A DNA stretch of 64,000 nucleotides from Dehalococcoidia bacterium (lineage in GTDB: Bacteria > Chloroflexota > Dehalococcoidia > Lucifugimonadales > VXLM01), in assembly GCA_965219245.1 (NCBI GenBank), contig OZ244722.1, positions 1,785,212 through 1,849,211 of the forward strand, written 5' to 3'. Shown in pieces: positions 37,839 through 45,854 of this stretch (within the stretch, counting starts at the first letter, position 1; each line of letters starts with the position of its first letter). The notes under the pieces were generated by a model. That model was not told the DNA's origin. It did no database searches and saw only the letters and a program-made list of their open reading frames with translations. The translations under genes and the position numbers were made by a program.

Positions 37839-38762
37839 CTAGATCGCAAAGAAGAGCACCAGCGACGCGCTGAGGACGATTGCGCCCACGACGAACGCCA
37901 TGCCGACGTTGCGCGCGCCGGCAAGCTCGTCCGCGATCGTCACCTTGGGGAACATCGCCTTGTCGATGACCCACTGGACGACCAGCAGGAGGACGAACCC
38001 GATCACCGCGAACGTAGCGAACGAGATGAGGCTCTCGCTCCACCCGACGAACTCGCCCGTCACCGCCTTGAAGATCACTATCGCGATGGCGATCAGGTTG
38101 GCCGCCATCGCAACGCCGACGGCGACGTTGTTCTTCTCGATCTCATCGTGGATATCGTAGGCAGTGATGACTTGATAAAAGAGCGCGTACAGGACAAGCA
38201 CTCCCATACCCAACAGGAAGAAAGCGACGGAGCGGATGAGTTCATCGAGGACGCCTGGGGCCACGGCTCCAAGCGGGGTGGCGTCGTATCCCGCCAGCGA
38301 TGAAGCAATGACGAGGGCCACTGCTATGTAGACCGCCATCTCGACGGCGCCGCTCCCGGCGTTCTGGTCTTCGATGACCTCCTTCTCGACGCTGAACTTG
38401 AAGAGCACGAGGCGGTCGACCAGGAACCGGGTCAAGTTCAGAACCGCTATGGCCCCCAGTGAGTAGAGGAAGACTTCCAGAACGTCGTACCCGAAGTCGG
38501 CATTGAACTGCCATTCATACTCGCCCCCTGCCGTGAACGGCGTGTATAACACCGCGACGAAGACGATGATGACTCCAAGGAAATATCCCGCGATACTCAG
38601 GCCGAGAGCATTATTGCTCTTCTCGCCAAGCTGGTCGCCAACGTGATATGGAGTGACGAAGTCGAGTATCCACTTGGCGATGTACAGCACGACTATCCCC
38701 AGCGCAACGTACACCAGCCCGCGCGGAAAGTATTCGAGCGTCTCAATGAACGTGTCAATCAT
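37839..38762 (-). CDS. Integral membrane protein with repeated DUF350 domains
   Basis: 307 aa, about 8 TM. Three or four repeats of the pattern (V/I)T.(Y/F)(D/H)..(D/E)(I/L)...N.A.(G/A) (VTPYHVGDQLGEKSNNALGL; ITAYDIHDEIEKNNVAVGV; KVTIADELAGARNVGMAF). Confidence 0.7.
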   Translation of the reverse strand: MIDTFIETLEYFPRGLVYVALGIVVLYIAKWILDFVTPYHVGDQLGEKSNNALGLSIAGYFLGVIIVFVAVLYTPFTAGGEYEWQFNADFGYDVLEVFLYSLGAIAVLNLTRFLVDRLVLFKFSVEKEVIEDQNAGSGAVEMAVYIAVALVIASSLAGYDATPLGAVAPGVLDELIRSVAFFLLGMGVLVLYALFYQVITAYDIHDEIEKNNVAVGVAMAANLIAIAIVIFKAVTGEFVGWSESLISFATFAVIGFVLLLVVQWVIDKAMFPKVTIADELAGARNVGMAFVVGAIVLSASLVLFFAI

Positions 38763-38796
38763 GTTCTTTCTCCCTCAGAACGGCCGGCGATGCCGG

Positions 38797-39369
38797 TTAC
38801 TGCTTGTACACGGTAATGCTGTCCGGTGATACCACGCTGCTGAAGTAGCACTCGTACGGGCGGTCACCGAATTTGTCGATGGACAGGATCGTGCGCTCGT
38901 CCGAGCTCATTAAGTCCCACGTATAGTACCCGATCCCGTCTCCCTGGCCACCCTCGAAGAGAAAGGCCTCTCCGCTGTTGAGATAGTAGAAGTCCCGACC
39001 ATCATACGTGAAGTAGTTGCTCAGGGAGTGCTCCTCGTCGACCTGAGTAAGGTCGTCTCGCGTGAGGTTGAGCGCTTCGAGCGGTATCGGCTCGTTGTCG
39101 TTGGTGACAGAGGTGAAGAGCTGCCCGCCGTCGTTCGACCAGTAGACCCACAGCCTGCGGTCGCCGTCGCCCGCAACCAACTCGTACCACGTGCTGTAGC
39201 TGGTCGCGTACCGGTGCTTTGCCTCGATGAGATAGTAGCCGTCGTCGTACTCCAAGTCGAAACCCATGATGGTGAACACGTCCCCGACAACCGCGTCCCT
39301 GACGCCCTCGGCAAGAGAGGTAGCGCCGGTGAGCTTCTTCTTCTTTCGCCCGAACAGCGACTTTATCAC
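38797..39369 (-). CDS. DUF4178 domain protein
   Basis: Start refined to GTG 39369 (GGAAGGAG 5 nt upstream). GDVFTIMGFDLEYDDGYYLIEAKHRY...WYELVAGDGDRRLWVYW and a second similar half fit the DUF4178 pattern. Confidence 0.6.
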   Translation of the reverse strand: MIKSLFGRKKKKLTGATSLAEGVRDAVVGDVFTIMGFDLEYDDGYYLIEAKHRYATSYSTWYELVAGDGDRRLWVYWSNDGGQLFTSVTNDNEPIPLEALNLTRDDLTQVDEEHSLSNYFTYDGRDFYYLNSGEAFLFEGGQGDGIGYYTWDLMSSDERTILSIDKFGDRPYECYFSSVVSPDSITVYKQ

Positions 39370-39468
39370 GCCTACTCCTTCCCGCCGAGTGCCATTGTAG
39401 ATTCGGGCCAAACTAAGGTCAACCAACCAACTGTTGACGCTACCCCCGTTCCCTGCTACCGTCCCGCC

Positions 39469-40611
39469 ATGTTGGAAACATCCCTACAAAACAAACCGCC
39501 AGCCCACGCCACCCTCACGGCCCCGCAGACGCCGTCATTCGTCTGTCACGTCGACGACCTCAAATGCACGGCGGCGCGCATACGAGAAGCCGCTCGCAAC
39601 GCCGATTGCACCCTCCTCTACTCGGTCAAAGCCAACGCACTCCCCGGAGTTCTGTCCGCCATCACCCCCTTCATCGACGGCTTCGGCGTCAGCTCGCTGG
39701 CCGAGGCGCGAGCCGCCCGAACGGCCCTCGGAGACTCCGGCAGGCTCCATCTCTGCACGGTCGCCGTCCCGCCTCCCGACGCCCAAGAGTTGGCGGACAT
39801 CTGCGACTACGTGACCTTCAACTCGCTCTCCCAGCTTCAGCGGTGGGGCCCCACCTTCACCGGACGCGCCTCGATCGGCCTGCGCGTAAACCCCGGACAC
39901 TCCTTCCTCGACGACCACAGATACGACCCATGCCGCCCTCACACCAAGCTGGGCGTTCCCCTCGACGACCTCGCCGCCTCAGCCGACCGTATTGCCCCAC
40001 TGATCGACGGCCTCCACATCCACTCCAACTGCGACTCAACCAACCTCGGCGAGCTGCTCGAGACCATCCAAGTCCTCGACTCTCGCCTTGGGCATGTCCT
40101 GTCGCAGGTCAAATGGGTCAATCTCGGAGGCGGCTACCTGTTCGACGAAGGAGCGAACCTCGATCCCCTAAGGGAAGCCGCAAGTCTCCTTCGTGACCGA
40201 CACGGCGCGGAGGTCATCATCGAGCCGGGAGCGGCCTTCGTGCGCGACAGCGGCTTCCTTGTGACGTCCGTGCTCGACCTGTTCGAGAGCGACGGCAAGG
40301 AAGTGGCCGTTCTGGACACGACCGTCAACCACATGCCGGAGGTCTTCGAGTACCAGTTCCGCCCCGACGTCCTCGGCCACCGCGACACGGGAGCGCATGA
40401 GTACGTCCTGGCCGGCATGTCTTGCTTGGCGGGTGACATCTTCGGCGACTATCGCTTCGATGATCCGCTGGAGTTCGGATCGCGCATCATATTCTCAAAC
40501 GCCGGGGCATACACTATCGTCAAGGCGAACACCTTCAACGGCATCCCTCTGCCCACCATCTACGAGTTGCGAGACGACGGGAGTTTCGTCGAGATGGCGG
40601 TGGCGTCGTGA
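39469..40611 (+). CDS. nspC: Carboxynorspermidine/carboxyspermidine decarboxylase
   Basis: Start refined to ATG 39469; the upstream part of track ORF 39028.. overlaps the divergent gene. LYSVKAN, FNSLSQL, LRVNPGHS...YDPCRPHTKLGV, GLHIHSNCDS, VNLGGGY, IIEPGAAF, AGMSCLAGDIFGDY and YTIVKANTFNGIPLP follow the NspC/CANSDC family. Confidence 0.85.
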   Translation: MLETSLQNKPPAHATLTAPQTPSFVCHVDDLKCTAARIREAARNADCTLLYSVKANALPGVLSAITPFIDGFGVSSLAEARAARTALGDSGRLHLCTVAVPPPDAQELADICDYVTFNSLSQLQRWGPTFTGRASIGLRVNPGHSFLDDHRYDPCRPHTKLGVPLDDLAASADRIAPLIDGLHIHSNCDSTNLGELLETIQVLDSRLGHVLSQVKWVNLGGGYLFDEGANLDPLREAASLLRDRHGAEVIIEPGAAFVRDSGFLVTSVLDLFESDGKEVAVLDTTVNHMPEVFEYQFRPDVLGHRDTGAHEYVLAGMSCLAGDIFGDYRFDDPLEFGSRIIFSNAGAYTIVKANTFNGIPLPTIYELRDDGSFVEMAVAS

Positions 40612-41996
40612 GGCTGTTCGAGCGCGAGCTTACCCAGACAGCGACGGACGGGCGTATCGGAACGCTCGAAGACATCCGGCGCATGATCGACGGACAACTC
40701 GACACCAATCAGATGCCGATACGTTTCGCCGTCACCGAGTCCTCTCCACACTCCTACCACTACGAGATCGGCATTCTCGAAGGGACAGGGTCTTTCGTCC
40801 CCTCCATGTTCGACCTCCATCCTCGACTCGACGAAAACGTGAGTTCCTTCAACGCGGTGCTCGTCGTGCCAACGGGCATCGGAGCGGAGATCGGCGGTCA
40901 CGCCGGTGACGCGACGCCCGTCGCGCGACTGCTGGCCTCCGTGTGCGACACGCTTATCACGCACCCGAACGTCGTCAACGCCTCAGACCTGAACGAGATC
41001 CCGGACAACGGCCTCTACGTCGAGGGCAGCCTCCTGAGCCGCTTTCTTACGGGCGCCATCGGCCTGAGACCCGTCCGATCAAACCGCGTCCTCGTCATCA
41101 TCGACGCCCACCCCAACGAGCGGTTCGCGCGCGCAACGGTCAACGCCGTCAACGCCGCGCGGGCGACCTATGGACTCCGATGCCCCCGTGTCGTCGTCCT
41201 AGATCCCCCGCTGCCGGTACGCGGCGAGTACACGCCGTCCGGACGCACAGCAGGGACCGTCGAGGACTTGGAACGGGTCTTCGAGGTGCTCGACACCCAC
41301 CGGGGCGAGTACGACGCCGTCGCCCTCTCAACCCTCGTCGACGTCGACGTGCCCCACGAGAGCTACTTCTCCTCGAGGGGCGAGATCGTCAACCCCTGGG
41401 GCGGCGTCGAGGCCATGCTCACCCACGCGATATCAACCCTCTACAACGTGCCGTCCGCCCACGCGCCGATGATGGAGTCGGTCGAGATCGCAAACATCGA
41501 CCCCGGCGTCGTCGACCCCCGCATGGCCGCTGAGGTCATCTCACTCACCTTCCTCCAGTCCGTCCTCAAGGGCTTGCACACCGCGCCGCGAATCGCCGTT
41601 GGCCCCACCGAAACAGCCAGTCTCTCCCCAGCCGGGGGAGAGATACAGAGAGGGGGCCACACCCTCACGGCGAGAGACGTATCCTGCCTCGTTATCCCCG
41701 ACGGCTGCATCGGGCTGCCGACTCTGGCCGCGCTCGAACAGGGCATACCGGTTATCGCCGTCCGCGAGAACCGGAGCCTGATGAGAAACGACCTCACACT
41801 ACTGCCCTGGTCCGACGACCAGCTGCACGTCGTCGAAAACTACTGGGAGGCCGCGGGGGTGATGGCAGCGCTGAAGGAGGGCATGTCGCCTGGCTCCGTG
41901 CGCCGACCTCTGCGCGATGTGCCCATCGAACGCACCCCCACGACCGAACGGTCCAGAGTCGGTCTTCCAACCCCGCCCGGCGGCGTAGAGCAATGA
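40608..41996 (+). CDS. Uncharacterised conserved protein (possibly DUF3326-like), translationally coupled to nspC
   Basis: GTGA overlap with the nspC stop. Gly-rich motif VLVVPTGIGAEIGGHAGDATPVARLLA. The family assignment is from memory only. Carries an in-frame repeat insertion at 41621..41668. Confidence 0.6.
   Translation: MRLFERELTQTATDGRIGTLEDIRRMIDGQLDTNQMPIRFAVTESSPHSYHYEIGILEGTGSFVPSMFDLHPRLDENVSSFNAVLVVPTGIGAEIGGHAGDATPVARLLASVCDTLITHPNVVNASDLNEIPDNGLYVEGSLLSRFLTGAIGLRPVRSNRVLVIIDAHPNERFARATVNAVNAARATYGLRCPRVVVLDPPLPVRGEYTPSGRTAGTVEDLERVFEVLDTHRGEYDAVALSTLVDVDVPHESYFSSRGEIVNPWGGVEAMLTHAISTLYNVPSAHAPMMESVEIANIDPGVVDPRMAAEVISLTFLQSVLKGLHTAPRIAVGPTETASLSPAGGEIQRGGHTLTARDVSCLVIPDGCIGLPTLAALEQGIPVIAVRENRSLMRNDLTLLPWSDDQLHVVENYWEAAGVMAALKEGMSPGSVRRPLRDVPIERTPTTERSRVGLPTPPGGVEQ
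41621..41668 (+). repeat. Palindromic repeat element inside a CDS (translated LSPAGGEIQRGGHTLT)
   Basis: tctctccccagccgggggagaga tacagagaggggg ccacaccctcac. The same hairpin plus tacagagaggggg occurs at 43211..43251, 43825..43866, 52978..53016 and 53190..53228. Confidence 0.8.
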
Positions 41997-42022
41997 CCAC
42001 CGCGCTCCGCGACACGCGGCTA

Positions 42023-42145
42023 CTAGTACTCAGTCAACTTGAATATGACGAACATCCAGGTGCCGATTTATCCCCTCTCCCGTCGTGGGAGAGGGCTAGG
42101 GTGAGGGTGAAACGTAATATCAAAACCATGTTGACATGGTACTAG
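42023..42145. mobile_element. MITE (CTAGTACTCAGTC ... TGTTGACATGGTACTAG)
   Basis: 123 bp, CTAG-bounded, near-identical to 53902..54024. Confidence 0.7.
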
Positions 42146-42285
42146 TACCGTTCCCATTTGAATATGACAGTCGAATAGAGAGGTCGTATCCCCTCTCCCG
42201 TCGTGGGAGAGAGCCTGCCCCGTACTCGATACGGGGGTGAGGGTGTTTCGAGTAAGCTACCAAAATCATTTGGAACAGGCACTAG
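42142..42285. mobile_element. MITE (CTAGTACCGTTCCC ... TTTGGAACAGGCACTAG)
   Basis: Homologous to 27322..27466. Shares CTAG junctions with both neighbours. Confidence 0.7.
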
Positions 42286-42443
42286 TTTCCTGTGTCAGAG
42301 ATTCTTCGAACATATCAGCGCGTGAAAATCCCCTCTCCCGTCGTGGGAGAGAGCCTGCCCCGTACTCCCATACGGGGGTGAGGGCGGCTCCCCGGAACAC
42401 ACCCATCCAATGTATACAATGAACTTCAGAAACAGGACACTGG
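42282..42443. mobile_element. MITE (CTAGTTTCCTGTGTCAGAG ... AACAGGACACTGG)
   Basis: Homologous to 2037..2203. The right terminus is mutated (CTGG). Contains the ATGs at 42410 and 42419 used by the downstream ORF. Confidence 0.65.
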
Positions 42444-44329
42444 AACGGCCAGATTCGACCACCGGTCAACAGCTAGGTGCCGCCCTCCAATACGCCTACT
42501 CGACCTTTTCGACCTACCGTGACCTGTTCGAGGGAGCCGGAGTCGGACTAGACGCGCTTGTCAAGGACGACCCGCTTGCCGTCCTCGAACGGCTGCCGGT
42601 CATCGCCGCCGACACACTTGCGAGGGTGAGCGAAGAGAGCCTCTCGGTCGTCGACGGCATCGTGGACATGGAGACCTCATCCGGCACCACAGGCGTCCGA
42701 AAGAAACGCTTCATCTCCTACGAAGACGACCAAGACGACCACGCCTTCATGGCCGAGCTGTTTCGACTGGCGGGCATCAACGAGCACGACCGCGTGGCCT
42801 GCCTCGATACCGACCCCGTCTACCTGATGGTCTCATTCGCCCGCGCCCTCGATATCCTCGGCGTAGACGAATCATATGTCTACTCCGTAGGCCGCGATCA
42901 GGGCCAGACGCTCGATGCATTGGTGCGACTCGACCCCACCGCGATCTTCGCCGTGCCGTCCATGTTCGAGCGGTGCTGGCCCGCACTCCGCCGGCTCTAC
43001 GACCAAGCAGGACGCGGCAGCCTGAGCAAGGTCGTCTTCCTCGGCGAGCGAGTCCCCCGCCGGCTGAGAGCGCAGTTGGAGTCCGAGCATGGCGTCGAGG
43101 TCTTCAGCTACTACGGCGCAGCCGAGACCTCGTCACTCGGCATCGAATGTACGGCCCACACAGGCATCCACCTCTACACCGACCGCAACCTATTCGAACT
43201 GACCAACACCAATCGTCTCTCCCCCGCCGGGGGAGAGATACAGAGAGGGGGGCGTGAGGTCACCAACAGCCCCCTCTCCCTTGAAGGAGAGGGCCTGCCC
43301 CGTACTCGATACGGAGGTGAGGGTGATCATACCCCCTCTCCCGTCGTGGGAGAGGGTTGGGGTGAGGGTGACCATGCCCCCTCTCCCGTCGTGGGAGAGG
43401 GCTGGGGTGAGGGTGACCATACCCCCTCTCCCGTCGTGGGAGAGGGCTGGGGTGAGGGTGACCATACCCCCTCTCCCGTCGTGGGAGAGGGTTGGGGTGA
43501 GGGTGACCATACTACCCCCTCTCCCGTCGTGGGAGAGAGCTGGGGTGAGGGTGAGACAGCCCCCACCGGAGAAGAGATGCAGACAGGCGCGCTCGCAGAT
43601 ACCAACAATCTCTCCCCCACCGGAGAAGAGATGCAGACAGGCGCGCGCGCAGATACCAACAATCTCTCCCCCACCGGAGAAGAGATGCAGACAGGCGCGC
43701 TCGCAGATACCAACAATCTCTCCCCCACCGGAGAAGAGATGCAGACAGGCGCGCGCGCAGATACCAACAATCTCTCCCCCACCGGAGAAGAGATACAGAC
43801 AGGCGCGCGCGCAGACACCAACAATCTCTCCCCCGCCGGAGAAGAGATACAGAGAGGGGGGCTCGTCGTCACAAGCCTCCTGCAGAAGACCGTCCCCCTC
43901 GTGCGATACTCCCTCGGCGACGAGATAGTCCTGCTCCCCGGCGACTGCCCGTGCGGCCTACCGCACCCGCGAGTCGACGTGCTCGGTCGAGCAGGGGACA
44001 GCTTCGCCATTCTCGGCTCCACGTTCCACTACGACTCGTTCCTGCGCTCGGTCTACAAGAACCTCGACGAGGTCGGCTACATGCAGGTCGTCCTCACGAC
44101 CGAGGCTCAAGATGTCCTCACGGTCCTCCTCCCCGCCGAGATGCACCCCCACGAAAAGCGCATGAAGGACTCGCTCCTCTCCGACCAGCTCGAATTGGAG
44201 TTCCTCCTCACCAGCAAGCTCGCGTCCCTGCGGTTCGACTACGTAGACGAGTCCTACTTCACCGGCTCCCGGAAGATGAAGCTGGTCGATGACCGGAGAC
44301 AAAAGGAGGCAACTGTTCAGACTTCGTGA
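42410..44329 (+). CDS. PaaK / coenzyme F390 synthetase-type adenylate-forming ligase carrying about 650 bp of in-frame repeats (function possibly compromised)
   Basis: N-domain motifs ETSSGTTGVRKK (P-loop), YYGAAETSS and HLYTD. C-terminal GLVVTSLLQKTVPLVRYSLGDEI...CPCGLPHPRVDVLGRAGD. The start lies in a MITE and the stop in another MITE TIR. Repeats occupy 43211..43866. Confidence 0.6.
   Translation: MYTMNFRNRTLERPDSTTGQQLGAALQYAYSTFSTYRDLFEGAGVGLDALVKDDPLAVLERLPVIAADTLARVSEESLSVVDGIVDMETSSGTTGVRKKRFISYEDDQDDHAFMAELFRLAGINEHDRVACLDTDPVYLMVSFARALDILGVDESYVYSVGRDQGQTLDALVRLDPTAIFAVPSMFERCWPALRRLYDQAGRGSLSKVVFLGERVPRRLRAQLESEHGVEVFSYYGAAETSSLGIECTAHTGIHLYTDRNLFELTNTNRLSPAGGEIQRGGREVTNSPLSLEGEGLPRTRYGGEGDHTPSPVVGEGWGEGDHAPSPVVGEGWGEGDHTPSPVVGEGWGEGDHTPSPVVGEGWGEGDHTTPSPVVGESWGEGETAPTGEEMQTGALADTNNLSPTGEEMQTGARADTNNLSPTGEEMQTGALADTNNLSPTGEEMQTGARADTNNLSPTGEEIQTGARADTNNLSPAGEEIQRGGLVVTSLLQKTVPLVRYSLGDEIVLLPGDCPCGLPHPRVDVLGRAGDSFAILGSTFHYDSFLRSVYKNLDEVGYMQVVLTTEAQDVLTVLLPAEMHPHEKRMKDSLLSDQLELEFLLTSKLASLRFDYVDESYFTGSRKMKLVDDRRQKEATVQTS
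43329..43559 (+). repeat. Tandem array, 5 units of 45 bp (one of 48), inside the ligase CDS
   Basis: Unit ccccctctcccgtcgtgggagagggctggggtgagggtgaccata, starting at 43332, 43377, 43422, 43467 and 43515. Translated PSPVVGEGWGEGDHT. This is the MITE hairpin core. Confidence 0.9.
43556..43866 (+). repeat. Tandem array, about 5.7 units of 54 bp, inside the ligase CDS
   Basis: Unit tctctcccccaccggagaagagatgcagacaggcgcgc(t/g)cgcagataccaacaa, starting at 43609, 43663, 43717, 43771 and 43825. Translated LSPTGEEMQTGA(L/R)ADTNN. Confidence 0.9.
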
Positions 44330-44583
44330 GAGCACTCGATAGACGCAGCTATCGTCATACCCCTTTCCCACAACCGTCATACCGGCGAAGAGCCTGCCCC
44401 GTACTCCGATACGGGGCCGGTATCCAGAGGGGCGGGGGGTGGGGTTTGATGGTGTCGATTCTAAGTCCCGCCCCTTTTTACAGATCATGCAAAGGCCTCC
44501 GAAAGAACGTCACCCCGTACCACGATACGGGGCGGGTATCCACAGCGGTGGGGAGTATTCGTCTCATCAACTCTGAACAGTTA
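44309..44583. mobile_element. MITE with 22-bp imperfect TIRs AACTGTTCAGA(C/G)TT..TGAGA
   Basis: Left AACTGTTCAGACTTCGTGAGAG (44311..) versus the reverse complement of the right end, AACTGTTCAGAGTTGATGAGAC (..44583): 18/22 identical. The interior holds two gccccgta..tacggggc hairpin repeats. Confidence 0.55.
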
Positions 44584-44600
44584 CAAAAGGTGCTGCCATA

Positions 44601-45113
44601 ATGCAGGTCTTCTTCATCGCGCTCGCCATCCTCAGCGGAGCGGGAATCTCCATGCAGGCTGCCATGCTCGGCGCGGTAGGCACGGCGCGCACCCCCGCGG
44701 CCGCCGTGTGGATATCCCTGCTCGCAACGGTCGTCGGCCTCACCGCATTCGTAATCTACCGCTCCGCCACCTCGTCCATCGGCCTTCCCCCACCGTTCGA
44801 CCGCCCTTACATCATGATCGCCTTCGCAATCGCCGCAACCGTCGCGCTGGCCTTCTCCGCACGGGACATCGAGTGGTACTACGTCCTCACCGGCCTGATG
44901 CCGATCCCATTCCTCGTCGGCGCGGGATTCCTCGCCCCCCGCCTCGGAGTCGGACTCTTCATCTCCGCCGCCATCGCCGGACAGCTCACCGCCGCCGTCC
45001 TGCTCGACCACATCGGCGCTTTCGGCGGCAACCTCATACGCGCCGACTACATCCGCCTACTCGGCATCGCCGCCCTCATGACCGGCGTCGTCCTCATCCG
45101 CGGCTTCAACTAA
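44601..45113 (+). CDS. DMT-superfamily membrane protein (DUF606/YdcZ-like)
   Basis: 170 aa, 5 TM. ILSGAGISMQAAMLG and AAIAGQLTAAVLLDHIGAFG match the YdcZ family pattern. Confidence 0.75.
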   Translation: MQVFFIALAILSGAGISMQAAMLGAVGTARTPAAAVWISLLATVVGLTAFVIYRSATSSIGLPPPFDRPYIMIAFAIAATVALAFSARDIEWYYVLTGLMPIPFLVGAGFLAPRLGVGLFISAAIAGQLTAAVLLDHIGAFGGNLIRADYIRLLGIAALMTGVVLIRGFN

Positions 45114-45428
45114 TACCAATTCGCTTTGACTACGCCATAAATCATTAATACATACCGGAACCCCGCCGTCATTTGATCCCCTCTCCCGTCGTGGGAGAGG
45201 GCTAGGGTGAGGGTCCGCAAGGCATGCAAGCGAGATTACGGCCTCGTCACGCCAAATTGGTATAACGTCAGCGCGGATTGCCATACGGACGGAAGACGCG
45301 GAAACGACGGAAAAGCGAGAGTTCAAGGGAATCGTGTACGATATCTCTGTGCTGTCGTGCGAGGATGTCGCTTCCACTTACGCGCGATTCGTGCGTCAGG
45401 GGACTGGCATGAAGAAAGGACGAATGAA

Positions 45429-45851
45429 ATGAACAATCATAGGCCGGTTCGGTGGATGGTGTCCTTTTGGCATCCGGATGGCGACAGCAAAGAAGAGCCT
45501 GACTTCCCGAAGGTAAAGCATTGGCATTCCGATAAACAAACCGCCAGAGTTGAGGCTGCGCGGGTGCTGATCGAGTTACGGGAGAGTCGTGGCGATGTCC
45601 GTGACTGGGTCGCGGCCGGTCACCCCGACCCTTTGGAAGTCGGCGCAGGCCGTCATGTCGGAGGGCAGTGGATTCTCCGCTATGGGGACTTGGAGAAGCG
45701 CGACGCCACATCGAGGCTGACGGCGGAAGAAAGGCTCAAAGGGACGAAATCGGCCGCTGGTTCTTGGAAAGGTCTCATCGACGGAGAGGAACTAAAGACA
45801 ACCCTCCATGAAGCCCGTCACTCCGGCTCCCTCGTCGGTCCGGATCAGTAG
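45429..45851 (+). CDS. VapB-like antitoxin with an unusual ~95-aa N-terminal extension
   Basis: Start refined to ATG 45429. The C-terminus LTAEERLKGTKSAAGSWKGLIDGEELKTTLHEAR resembles antitoxin tails paired with PIN toxins. Ends 3 nt before vapC. Confidence 0.55.
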   Translation: MNNHRPVRWMVSFWHPDGDSKEEPDFPKVKHWHSDKQTARVEAARVLIELRESRGDVRDWVAAGHPDPLEVGAGRHVGGQWILRYGDLEKRDATSRLTAEERLKGTKSAAGSWKGLIDGEELKTTLHEARHSGSLVGPDQ

Positions 45852-45854
45852 CGG

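Noticed and set aside
39028-39468. N-terminal 147-codon extension of the nspC ORF given in the track
   Set aside because: The extension lies antisense to the DUF4178 gene and has no similarity to NspC. The family-typical N-terminus starts at ATG 39469.
43190-44022. Additional ORFs across the ligase repeat region (43254..43928 +, 43327..44022 -, 43190..43510 -)
   Set aside because: All frames stay open across these stop-poor repeats, so openness alone is not evidence. Only the frame linking the conserved N- and C-domains of the ligase has flanking support.
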